NCBI GenBank assembly: GCA_038147295.1
Contig: JAYQTH010000002.1
Span: 458,243 to 522,242, forward strand
Length of the DNA stretch: 64,000 nt
Direction of reading: 5' to 3'
DNA from: Gammaproteobacteria bacterium
GTDB lineage: Bacteria > Pseudomonadota > Gammaproteobacteria > Magnimaribacterales > TMED112
Below are positions 1 to 8,951 of this stretch, piece after piece (position 1 is the first letter of the stretch; each line of letters opens with the position of its first letter). The position numbers and the translations under genes were made by a program. A model generated the notes under the pieces. The model was not told where the DNA came from. It made no database searches and worked only from the letters and a program-made list of their open reading frames with translations.

Positions 1-1
1 A

Positions 2-118
2 ATTAGGAAAGCACTTTCAAACTTATTGCCCATAAAAAGGGTACCAACACTTAAATTTTATTACGATGATCATCTAGAAAAAGTCCGCAATCTTGATGAT
101 CTGATTAAAGACATCTAG
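2..118 (+). CDS. rbfA: ribosome-binding factor A, 3' end (gene begins upstream of window)
   Basis: The frame is open from the window edge and translates to IRKALSNLLPIKRVPTLKFYYDDHLEKVRNLDDLIKDI*. This resembles the RbfA C-terminal region. Canonical rbfA-truB-rpsO-pnp synteny supports the call. Confidence 0.7.
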   Translation: MRKALSNLLPIKRVPTLKFYYDDHLEKVRNLDDLIKDI

Positions 119-119
119 C

Positions 120-989
120 ATGAGTGTGCTAATTTTAAACAAACCAAAAAAACTTAGCTCATTCAAGTCTTTAAAAGTAATACAAAATTTATTGGGACTT
201 AAAAAAGCTGGGCATGCCGGAACTTTAGATCCGCTTGCAACAGGAATTTTGCCAATTTTTTTTGACAGGTCAACTAAGTTTATTCAGTACATGCCCGAGC
301 AAGATAAAACCTATCATGCAAAATTTCAACTTGGTTGCTCCTCAGATACAGAAGATATAGAGGGGAATATCATTTATCATGATTCAGAACAGGCTCCCTC
401 CTTAGACAATCTAAGGGAATCTGTCTCATCATTTATTGGGAGCTACCAACAGAAAGCTCCATTATTTTCAGCAAAAAAAGTAAATGGAGTAGCAATGTAC
501 AAGCTTGCAAGAAAAGGAATTGAGCTCGAGAAGAGAAGCCAAAAGGTTTCCATAAAATCATTGGAGCTATTGAGCTACTCTTACCCATATTTTGAAATTG
601 AAGCAAAAGTTTCTAGGGGGACTTATGTAAGAACATTAGGAGTTGATATTGCAGACAAACTTGGGTGCAATTGCGTTCTGACAGATTTATGTAGGACTGG
701 CTTTGGGCCGTTAAAAATTAAGGATGCGATCACAATAGACAAGCTAAAAAACTTGGACAATAAAGAGAAAATGCAGTATGTTATGCGAGTTGAAGAAATA
801 TTAAAAAGTATACCCAAGTTAAATATAAGTTCTACTGAGGTAAAAAAATTTCAAAATGGTTTAACTGTTAGTGTGACCAAAAACGAAAAGAAAGAAAAAA
901 AATTAGTTTTTCACAAAGATGAATTTATAGGGATTGGCGAAATAGTTAACGAAGAAAAACTTAGGCCAATAAAGTTATACAAAATTTAG
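120..989 (+). CDS. truB: tRNA pseudouridine-55 synthase TruB
   Basis: 289-aa ORF with the KAGHAGTLDPLATGILP catalytic-Asp motif. Lies upstream of rpsO-pnp. Confidence 0.93.
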   Translation: MSVLILNKPKKLSSFKSLKVIQNLLGLKKAGHAGTLDPLATGILPIFFDRSTKFIQYMPEQDKTYHAKFQLGCSSDTEDIEGNIIYHDSEQAPSLDNLRESVSSFIGSYQQKAPLFSAKKVNGVAMYKLARKGIELEKRSQKVSIKSLELLSYSYPYFEIEAKVSRGTYVRTLGVDIADKLGCNCVLTDLCRTGFGPLKIKDAITIDKLKNLDNKEKMQYVMRVEEILKSIPKLNISSTEVKKFQNGLTVSVTKNEKKEKKLVFHKDEFIGIGEIVNEEKLRPIKLYKI

Positions 990-1003
990 GAGAATTATAA
1001 TAA

Positions 1004-1273
1004 ATGAGTTTAGACAAGACAGAAACAGAAGCCATAATCAAAAAGTATGGTAAAGATGAAAAAGATTCAGGCTCGACTGAAGTCCAAATTGCGTTACTAA
1101 CGAAAAGGATTGAAGAGCTACAGTCACACTTTAAAGAACACAAAAAAGATAACCATTCAAGAACAGGTTTATTGCAAATTGTGAGCGATAGAAAGAAACT
1201 TCTATCTTACCTTAAAAGAAAAGACCTTGGGTCTTACCAAAATATTGTCAAAACTCTAAAACTAAGAGATTAA
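1004..1273 (+). CDS. rpsO: 30S ribosomal protein S15
   Basis: 89-aa ORF containing [14 protein letters not shown]...HKKD.HSR.GL. An AGGAG Shine-Dalgarno (SD) sequence lies upstream. Confidence 0.97.
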   Translation: MSLDKTETEAIIKKYGKDEKDSGSTEVQIALLTKRIEELQSHFKEHKKDNHSRTGLLQIVSDRKKLLSYLKRKDLGSYQNIVKTLKLRD

Positions 1274-1275
1274 TT

Positions 1276-3339
1276 ATGTTTAATGTAGTAAAAAAAGAGA
1301 TCCCAATGGGATCAAAAACTCTCGTTATTGAAACAGGAAAAGTAGCAAGACAGGCAACAGCCTCAGTTGTTGCTAGTATGGGGGGGACGGTTGTTCTCTG
1401 CACAGTTGTAACAAAAGCTGAAGAAGAAAGGAGAGATTTTTTCCCACTAAGTGTTCATTACATGGAAAAAACTTATGCAGCAGGAAAGATCCCAGGAGGA
1501 TACTTTAAAAGAGAGGCAAGGCCAACAGAATACGAAACGTTAACTTCAAGGTTAATTGATAGACCATTAAGGCCATTGTTCCCAGATTTCTTCACTAATG
1601 AAGTCCAGGTTAATTGTATGCTGATATCTTTAGATAAAGACAATCCACCAGATGTTGTTGCTCTATTGGGAGCTTCTGCTGCTATGTCTATTGCAAACGT
1701 TCCATTTAATGGCCCAATGGGTGCAGCTAGGGTTGGATTTGTAGAAGATGAGTATGTTTTAAACCCCTCCTTTGCTGATATGGAAAACTCTGACCTTGAT
1801 ATGGTTGTTGCAGGTTCTGATAAAGCAGTTTTGATGGTTGAGTCTGATGCTAACGAGTTAAGTGAAGATTTAATGATTGGGGCAATTTTATATGCGCATC
1901 AAGAGATGAAACCAGTTATTGAGGCAATAAAGGATTTTGCAAACGAAGTCTTGCCTGAAAAAGCTGAGTTTAAGAATGCTTTGGCAGATGATGAAGCAAA
2001 AATATTTGATGAAATTAACTCTAAATACCGTGATCAATTAAAAGATGCATTTTCTACAGTTGATAAGAAGGAGAGAGGCGAAAAGATTGGCGTAATAAAA
2101 GATGCTATTGTTGAAGGCCTCGAGGAAGACCAAATAAACAGCTACCTTAAGCAATTTAAAGAAGTTGAGAAAAATGTTGTTAGAGAAAACATTCTCAAAG
2201 ATGCAAAACGAATTGATGGGAGAGCTATTGATGAAGTTAGAAACATTGAAATTGAAACAAACTTCTTGCCTTCGGTTCACGGCTCTGCACTATTTACTAG
2301 AGGAGAAACTCAAGCAATAGTAACAACAACGCTTGGGCCAACAAAAGATGCTCAAATTGTTGATTCCTTAGTGGGGGAGATTAAAGATAACTTTATGCTG
2401 CATTACAATTTCCCAGCTTACAGTGTTGGTGAGCTAGGTTTCCCAACAGGCCCTAAAAGAAGGGAGATAGGTCATGGAGCACTTGCAAAGAGGTCACTCA
2501 AGTTTGCAGTTCCTAGCATGCAAGAATTTCCATATTCAATGCGAGTAGTTAGTGAGATTACAGAGTCAAATGGCTCGAGCTCAATGGCTTCTGTATGTGG
2601 TGGGTGTCTTGCTTTAAGAGCAGCAGGCGTTCCTGTAAAAGATAATATAGCAGGTGTAGCTATGGGTCTTGTGAAAGAAGGAGATGACTACCAAGTCCTT
2701 ACAGATATCCTTGGAGATGAAGATCACCTGGGGGATATGGACTTTAAGGTTGCTGGAACAAAGAATGGTGTTTCGGGTTTACAGATGGATATAAAGATTG
2801 AAGGTATCAATGAAGAAATCCTAGAAAAAGCTCTAATGCAAGCCAAGGACGCAAGAATGCACATTCTAGGCATTATGGACAAGGCATTGCCTGAACCAAA
2901 TGAATTAACTTCTTTGGCCCCATATTTCACTCAATTTAAGATTGATAAAGATAAAGTTAAAGTGGTTATAGGAAAAGGCGGATCAACAATTAAGGGTCTG
3001 CAAGAAGAGTTTGGCTCCACTATTGAGCTCCAAGACAATGGTGAAGTTAGTGTTTTTGGTGAAAACAAAGAAGTAGCGGAAAAAACCAAAGAAAAAATCT
3101 TACTCCTAACAGCTGAACCTGAAGAAGGAAAGATCTACGATGGAGTGGTCGCAAAAGTAGTTGAGTTTGGTGCGTTTGTTACCATCATGCCTGGCAAAGA
3201 TGGCCTGCTGCATATTTCACAGTTCAAAGAGGACTTTGAGCATCTAACTGATGTAATCAATGAAGGTGATAATATCAAAGTAAAACTTGTTGAAGTGGGA
3301 AGACAAGGCAGATTGAAATTAGAATTTGCAGAAAGCTAA
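1276..3339 (+). CDS. pnp: polyribonucleotide nucleotidyltransferase (PNPase)
   Basis: 687-aa ORF with two RNase PH domains plus KH and S1 C-terminal domains (GKIYDGVVAKVVEFGAFV). Confidence 0.98.
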   Translation: MFNVVKKEIPMGSKTLVIETGKVARQATASVVASMGGTVVLCTVVTKAEEERRDFFPLSVHYMEKTYAAGKIPGGYFKREARPTEYETLTSRLIDRPLRPLFPDFFTNEVQVNCMLISLDKDNPPDVVALLGASAAMSIANVPFNGPMGAARVGFVEDEYVLNPSFADMENSDLDMVVAGSDKAVLMVESDANELSEDLMIGAILYAHQEMKPVIEAIKDFANEVLPEKAEFKNALADDEAKIFDEINSKYRDQLKDAFSTVDKKERGEKIGVIKDAIVEGLEEDQINSYLKQFKEVEKNVVRENILKDAKRIDGRAIDEVRNIEIETNFLPSVHGSALFTRGETQAIVTTTLGPTKDAQIVDSLVGEIKDNFMLHYNFPAYSVGELGFPTGPKRREIGHGALAKRSLKFAVPSMQEFPYSMRVVSEITESNGSSSMASVCGGCLALRAAGVPVKDNIAGVAMGLVKEGDDYQVLTDILGDEDHLGDMDFKVAGTKNGVSGLQMDIKIEGINEEILEKALMQAKDARMHILGIMDKALPEPNELTSLAPYFTQFKIDKDKVKVVIGKGGSTIKGLQEEFGSTIELQDNGEVSVFGENKEVAEKTKEKILLLTAEPEEGKIYDGVVAKVVEFGAFVTIMPGKDGLLHISQFKEDFEHLTDVINEGDNIKVKLVEVGRQGRLKLEFAES

Positions 3340-4232
3340 AATAACTCAGAAAGCATACACCTAGCTGAACCGCCACCATATTTTTCAATGGTGCGAATAT
3401 CAGAGCTGATAATGCCCTTGTAGTGTCGATGAATGATTTGTATCTGTTCATCGTTTAGGGCACTTTTTGCTGTATCAGACATAACAAGATATAAATGGTC
3501 TTCCTTGTTTTTTACCTCAAGACTATTGCCGCAAAAAGATAGCAGTTGATCTTTTTCGATTTTAAGTATCTCATGATGCTGACACACTTTTTGCTCAACC
3601 AGTTCTCTATACTCTTCGTTTATCACATCTAAACAAATACCAATCAATGAGGTGCCTACATACATCAAAACATCTGTATGATAAATTGGTTCTCCTGAGT
3701 GGCTAGTTGTTTCAAAGATAATAGGTTCGAAGTTATTATCCATGCACCATTTTTCTGCAAGCTCTTTATTTGCTCTCGGTGATAATGCTATGTAAGCAAT
3801 ATCATTCACTCTATCAAACACCATACTACTTGTGGACTCCAAGAAAGTATTATCATTTTCATGAAAACTTAAATCTGCAGATATAGCATATGACCTTGCC
3901 AACCGATCTATCATATTTTGGTTTTTTTCCAGTCTTCTATTTTCAGCTTTCATTGGAAAAATTTGCATTGTTTTGTCAGAGAATGTGGTAAACCAGTTTG
4001 GAAAAATATGATCTGGACATCCCCTATCACCTTTGAAGGTTGTGATGTAAACGCCATGATTAACAAGAATATCTCTAAAATCTCTAAATTCATTGATCGC
4101 CAACTTCAGAATCTGGTCTCTCGAAATGTCATCATCTTTTTGATAATGATTTGATCCTGCTGTTTGTGGGTTGCTAAAAAATTCTTGAGGCTCAATCATA
4201 AAGATATGATTGCTTGATTGATCTTTCTGCAT
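3336..4232 (-). CDS. pentein/amidinotransferase-fold hydrolase, CtlX-like (arginine deiminase-related)
   Basis: 298-aa ORF ending in GGGSARCMLSELF, the C-terminal catalytic-Cys signature of the pentein superfamily. Divergent from an ornithine aminotransferase gene. Confidence 0.6.
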   Translation of the reverse strand: MQKDQSSNHIFMIEPQEFFSNPQTAGSNHYQKDDDISRDQILKLAINEFRDFRDILVNHGVYITTFKGDRGCPDHIFPNWFTTFSDKTMQIFPMKAENRRLEKNQNMIDRLARSYAISADLSFHENDNTFLESTSSMVFDRVNDIAYIALSPRANKELAEKWCMDNNFEPIIFETTSHSGEPIYHTDVLMYVGTSLIGICLDVINEEYRELVEQKVCQHHEILKIEKDQLLSFCGNSLEVKNKEDHLYLVMSDTAKSALNDEQIQIIHRHYKGIISSDIRTIEKYGGGSARCMLSELF

Positions 4233-4275
4233 TTTCTTTCTAGTTAAGCCCTTTAATTAAGATTAAAATATCCCT

Positions 4276-5523
4276 GTGCTAGATAATATTCAAAAAAATC
4301 AAATAAAAAAAGAGTCAATTTTTGGGGCAAAAAACTATAAGCCACTTCCAGTTGTTTTAGAGCGAGGTCAAGGCGAATTTCTTTGGGACGTTTCGGGTAA
4401 CAAGTACTTGGATATGATGTCAGCATATTCAGCAGTCAGTCATGGTCACTCTCATCCTGAATTAGTGAAAGTAGTAATTGATCAGGTCCAAAAACTATCT
4501 GTTGTATCTCGAGCATTTTACAGCAAGTCACTAGGAGACTTTCTAGAGCATCTTGTAAATGTAGCGGGCTTGGATGTTGCTTTGCCAATGAATACGGGAG
4601 CAGAAGCAGTCGAAACAGCAATTAAAGCTGCAAGAAAATGGGCATACATAAACAAAGGGGTGCCACAGAATAAGGCAGAAATAATAGTTGTGGATGGAAA
4701 CTTTCATGGCAGAACAACCACCATAGTTAGTTTTTCTTCTGATGAATCGTATAAGAAAGATTTTGGACCCCTTACTCCAGGCTTTGTACAAGCAAAATAT
4801 TGCAGCTCCTGTGCTTGTCCAGCTGGTGATTGTGTGGATTCAATAACATCAATACAAAATCTGATTAATGAGAATACTGCAGCAATTCTAATTGAACCAA
4901 TTCAAGGTGAAGCTGGAATCATAGTGCCACGACAAGGATGGTTGAAAGCAGTAAGGGAATTATGCGATAGAACAAATATTCTTTTACTAGTTGATGAGAT
5001 TCAATCAGGCTTGGGTCGCACTGGCAGCATGTTTGCATTTGAACATGAAGACATCAAACCAGATGGTCTTATCGTTGGCAAAGCTTTAGGTGGTGGTATC
5101 TTGCCAGTTTCAGCTTTTATTGCAAAGCAAGAAATCATGGATAATTTTATTCCTGGCACTCATGGCTCTACTTTTGGAGGCAACCCCTTGGCTGCAGCAG
5201 TAGGAAAGAGGGCTTTAGAACTTTTAGTAGAGGAAGAGCTTATAGAAAATAGTAAAAACCTTGGAGAGCAATTGAAGACAGGGCTTCAGTCAATTGGCTC
5301 AGATGTCATAAAAGAAGTAAGAGGGCGAGGGCTTTGGATAGGGGTTGAATTAAATCATGGTACAAAGTCAGCCAATGATCTTTGCATGATTTTGCTGAAT
5401 CAAGGCATATTAACCAAGGAGACGCATGATAATGTTATAAGGTTTGCTCCGCCTCTGATGATTTCACAGGCAAATTTAGACTGGTCTTTGGAAAAGATAT
5501 CTCAAGTTATAAAGAAATTTTGA
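4276..5523 (+). CDS. rocD: ornithine--oxo-acid aminotransferase (class III PLP)
   Basis: GTG start. Contains NYKPLPVVLERGQGEFLWDVSGNKYLD, EPIQGEAG and DEIQSGLGRTG motifs typical of OAT/RocD. Confidence 0.85.
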   Translation: MLDNIQKNQIKKESIFGAKNYKPLPVVLERGQGEFLWDVSGNKYLDMMSAYSAVSHGHSHPELVKVVIDQVQKLSVVSRAFYSKSLGDFLEHLVNVAGLDVALPMNTGAEAVETAIKAARKWAYINKGVPQNKAEIIVVDGNFHGRTTTIVSFSSDESYKKDFGPLTPGFVQAKYCSSCACPAGDCVDSITSIQNLINENTAAILIEPIQGEAGIIVPRQGWLKAVRELCDRTNILLLVDEIQSGLGRTGSMFAFEHEDIKPDGLIVGKALGGGILPVSAFIAKQEIMDNFIPGTHGSTFGGNPLAAAVGKRALELLVEEELIENSKNLGEQLKTGLQSIGSDVIKEVRGRGLWIGVELNHGTKSANDLCMILLNQGILTKETHDNVIRFAPPLMISQANLDWSLEKISQVIKKF

Positions 5524-5960
5524 TGAAGTATTTGCACACCATGATAAGGGTTAAAAAGCCCGAAGATTCAATAAGTTTCTTTTGCGATGCTTTGGGTCTA
5601 AAAGAAATGTATCGAAAAGAAAACGAAGCTGGAAGATATACATTATTTTTCCTCGCAGCTCCCAAAGATATAGAAAATGGTGCTTCAAATATCCCTATGA
5701 TTGAGCTTACACACAATTGGGATGATGAAGAGCTAAACAGTGGCAGAAATTTCGGACACCTAGCATTTCAAGTAGATGATATCTATCAAACATGCTCAAA
5801 GCTTATGGCAGCAGGTATTGAAATTAACAGACCACCTAGGGATGGGAGAATGGCGTTTGTAAAATCTCCTGATGGAATTTCAATAGAGCTTTTGCAGAAT
5901 GGCGACCCATTAGAGATTAAAGAGCCATGGGTAGATATGCCTAATTCTGGATCATGGTAG
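5520..5960 (+). CDS. gloA: lactoylglutathione lyase (glyoxalase I)
   Basis: 146-aa ORF with the HTMIRV...ELTHNW...GHLAF...IELLQ VOC-fold glyoxalase I pattern. Confidence 0.9.
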   Translation: MMKYLHTMIRVKKPEDSISFFCDALGLKEMYRKENEAGRYTLFFLAAPKDIENGASNIPMIELTHNWDDEELNSGRNFGHLAFQVDDIYQTCSKLMAAGIEINRPPRDGRMAFVKSPDGISIELLQNGDPLEIKEPWVDMPNSGSW

Positions 5961-8566
5961 TGACTAAAAAATTTATTTCCTTACTATCTATTATTTTGCT
6001 GGTCGTGGGATGTGGCGGTGGATCAGCTAGTGAAGAAAATGTAGATGGGACAACACCTTCACCTACTCCTGCACCAACACCAACACCAGCGGAAGAAAAA
6101 TACAATATTAGAGGAGAAGTCACGTTAAATGGAAACCTCATTATTGATTCTGATGTGCCCAATAAAGCATTCTCTTTCCTAAGCAACAATCAAAGCAGTG
6201 AGGCTCAGCCAGCATTTTCACCTGTAACAATTATTGGCTATGCAGGTGAGCATATTTCCGATGAAGGGGAGTATACGTATGATCCTCTCGATGTATTTGT
6301 GCTCAATGTTGAAGATACAACTATAGATATCTCGCTCTACCAAACAAATAGCTCTGCTGATCTAGATATTTTTGTATACGATGAAGCAGATTTATCAAGC
6401 CCAATAAGTTTCAGCGCCAATTTAACTTCTTTTGAAAGCCTCAGCTTCAATGGAAGTGGTATTTATTATCTTGTGGTAGATAGTGACATGTCTGCTAGAG
6501 GATCAAAGTACGCTATGGTGGTAGCAGAAAGCGCTCAAGAAAGCACAACAAATACAACAATGGATACTGGAGAGTTTCTTATTAAAACCAAGCAAGATAG
6601 TGAGCTTACTAGCAATAATTCATTGAAATCTCAAAATCAATTAAGAGATGTCTTTAAACGCATTCCTCAAGGAGATGGCATTGTGAAAGTAAAGCCAGAT
6701 TATGAGAATACTGAAAATGTTCTAGGTAAAAGCTACTTGAAAACTAAAATTTCTAATGAATTTCAGCTCGATTCTGAGTTGGTTGCTGAAATAAGGAAAG
6801 TGAAAACGTTGCAGCAGCTCAGAAGAAAATTTCCAGGCTATGTTATAGATTTAAATCATATATATTTTCCTGACGCCGACCCAGAGCCTTTTAGTCCTGA
6901 TCCATTTTATGATGAATACCAATGGAATCTACGACAAATAAATACTAAAGAAGCTTTGGATCTTGTAGGACAAGATACCAAAGATATAGTCGTTGCAGTG
7001 CTTGATTCAGGCGCACCGACTAAAGATTCTTTTGCATATCAGAATTCATCCTTTGTTGATGATGGCTATGATTTTGTTTCAGATACCGATTCTTCTTTTG
7101 ATGGTGATGGTATAGACGATGATCCAACAGACCCAGATTTCCAACCTGTACAAAGCGATGGAGAGATATTTGGAAGTCATGGTTCTCATGTGGCAACGAC
7201 TATATCGGCTAAAAATGATGGGAATGAGATCAATGGCTTAGCAGTTAAAACTCTTCCCTTAAGAGTGTGCGGTTCTGACAGGAGTGAAAACGGTGGTGGG
7301 TGTTCAAGTTATGATCAGTTGCAAGCTTTTTATTATCTTCAAGGTAAGAATAATGACTCTGGGGAGGTCTATGATGCTGCTACATACGGAGATGTTGAGA
7401 TAATCAATATGAGCCTTGGCGGAGGAGGCAACAACCAAATAATTTGTGATGAAATAGTTAATTTAAAGAACGCAGGAATTTTTGTTGTGGCATCCGCAGG
7501 GAATGAAGGAAACTCGGCAATACGGTTCCCAGCATCCTGTGAATATGCATTTTCAGTATCCTCAACTAAATATGATGAACAGCTCTCAACATTTTCATCA
7601 TTCAATGATTACGTTGATATTGCTGCTCCTGGAGGGCAAGTTTCTGAAGATTTAGACGGTAATGACATTGGTGATGGCATATTGGCATATTCGTTTAAAA
7701 ATTCTTCTCATGATGGCAATGATTACAAAGGACTGCAGGTATACAATGGCACTTCTATGGCTGCTCCACACGTTTCAGGCTATTTTGGTTTAATTAAGTA
7801 TCTTGATTCCGATATTACATTCGATGAATTAGATCTACTACTGAAGTCTGGACAGCTTACCAAAGATATTGGGTCACCAGGAAAAGATGACTTATTTGGT
7901 TATGGATTAATGGACATGCATAAGGGGTTAAACTTACTCTCTGCTGGAGTAGATTTTACCTCACTGGCATATCCTATATTATCCCCAGGAAAAGTCTTTA
8001 TGGGTTATGCATTAGAAGAGAAATCTTTTGAAATAACAAAGGTGGGAAATGGAGATCTTGAGATTACCAGCGTCGAGATACAAGATATTAACGACGTGCT
8101 GACATACGAGGCAAGCGATGTTGATATTGATGGTTTTGGAACTTACAAAGCATTGATAAACCGCACAAATTTATCGGATGGCAGTTTTATTTCTTTGATA
8201 AAGTTTAGTTTTAGCAATGAAACGTATGCTTCAATTCCAGTTCTGTATTCTTCAGGTAACTCCAAAGAAAAAGAGACAGTTGATCAACTATGGATTTGTG
8301 CAGTGAATGATGATGATGAAATAATTCCATGCGATGTAATGCAAATGGAGAGAGGGGTAGCAGCTTTTCGAATTAGAGAAGTGCCAAACGATACCTACAC
8401 TCAAGTTTTTGCTTGCACAACTTTAGAGGACAATCTGTCCTTTAGTGATTCAGGTATCTGCGGTCCAGGCGATCTAAGAGGGGAATACCAGGGTGCCAAC
8501 TTTACTGTTAGTGGAAGCGATGTAACAGGCATTAATTTTTCAATATCACCGGTGCTTTCAAATTAA
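5954..8566 (+). CDS. subtilisin-like (S8) serine protease, lipoprotein with Pro/Thr linker and extra N- and C-terminal domains
   Basis: Lipobox LLVVGC followed by PSPTPAPTPTPA. Catalytic triad motifs are VAVLDSG, HGSHVATT and GTSMAAPHVSG. Confidence 0.85.
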   Translation: MVVTKKFISLLSIILLVVGCGGGSASEENVDGTTPSPTPAPTPTPAEEKYNIRGEVTLNGNLIIDSDVPNKAFSFLSNNQSSEAQPAFSPVTIIGYAGEHISDEGEYTYDPLDVFVLNVEDTTIDISLYQTNSSADLDIFVYDEADLSSPISFSANLTSFESLSFNGSGIYYLVVDSDMSARGSKYAMVVAESAQESTTNTTMDTGEFLIKTKQDSELTSNNSLKSQNQLRDVFKRIPQGDGIVKVKPDYENTENVLGKSYLKTKISNEFQLDSELVAEIRKVKTLQQLRRKFPGYVIDLNHIYFPDADPEPFSPDPFYDEYQWNLRQINTKEALDLVGQDTKDIVVAVLDSGAPTKDSFAYQNSSFVDDGYDFVSDTDSSFDGDGIDDDPTDPDFQPVQSDGEIFGSHGSHVATTISAKNDGNEINGLAVKTLPLRVCGSDRSENGGGCSSYDQLQAFYYLQGKNNDSGEVYDAATYGDVEIINMSLGGGGNNQIICDEIVNLKNAGIFVVASAGNEGNSAIRFPASCEYAFSVSSTKYDEQLSTFSSFNDYVDIAAPGGQVSEDLDGNDIGDGILAYSFKNSSHDGNDYKGLQVYNGTSMAAPHVSGYFGLIKYLDSDITFDELDLLLKSGQLTKDIGSPGKDDLFGYGLMDMHKGLNLLSAGVDFTSLAYPILSPGKVFMGYALEEKSFEITKVGNGDLEITSVEIQDINDVLTYEASDVDIDGFGTYKALINRTNLSDGSFISLIKFSFSNETYASIPVLYSSGNSKEKETVDQLWICAVNDDDEIIPCDVMQMERGVAAFRIREVPNDTYTQVFACTTLEDNLSFSDSGICGPGDLRGEYQGANFTVSGSDVTGINFSISPVLSN

Positions 8567-8567
8567 A

Positions 8568-8951
8568 ATGATTCCTAAAATTGTTAAATATGGAGGGACA
8601 AATAGCATAGCTTTCGCATTTGATTTTATACTCTTGTTAACTTTGGATTACCTTTTTGATTTGAATCGATCAATCCTAGCTGGTTTTTGTTATCTTTCAG
8701 GCACCATTGTTAGCTATCTTCTTGCCAAGAATTTCGTATTTAATGCTGGATGGTTAGAAAATAAACCTGCAATTGAATTTTCAGCTTATTTTCTTGGAGG
8801 TGTGCTTGGATCAATAATCACTTCTTTAATTTTTGCAATATCTTTTGCATATGGCGTAGAAAACATCGTTATCCAAAAGTTCATTGCAACATTTTTTAGT
8901 TTCTTTACCATTTATGCTTACAGAAAATATTTGGTATTTAAAAATGACTAA
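8568..8951 (+). CDS. GtrA-family membrane protein
   Basis: 127-aa protein with four hydrophobic segments and a GtrA-like ending (..AYRKYLVFK). Confidence 0.65.
   Translation: MIPKIVKYGGTNSIAFAFDFILLLTLDYLFDLNRSILAGFCYLSGTIVSYLLAKNFVFNAGWLENKPAIEFSAYFLGGVLGSIITSLIFAISFAYGVENIVIQKFIATFFSFFTIYAYRKYLVFKND

Noticed and set aside
4233-4275. A TTAATTAA palindrome in the 43-nt spacer between the CtlX-like gene and rocD, considered as a possible operator.
   Set aside because: An 8-nt all-A/T palindrome is expected by chance in DNA this AT-rich. There is no second half-site or repeat to support a binding site.
8884-8943. Upstream extensions of tracked ORFs here and at 19627-19668, 34571-34609, 38842-38877 and 50995-51078.
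   Set aside because: Each extension overlaps the preceding gene. Each is followed by an in-frame ATG placed at or just after the upstream stop, and that ATG gives an N-terminus matching the family or a proper signal peptide.
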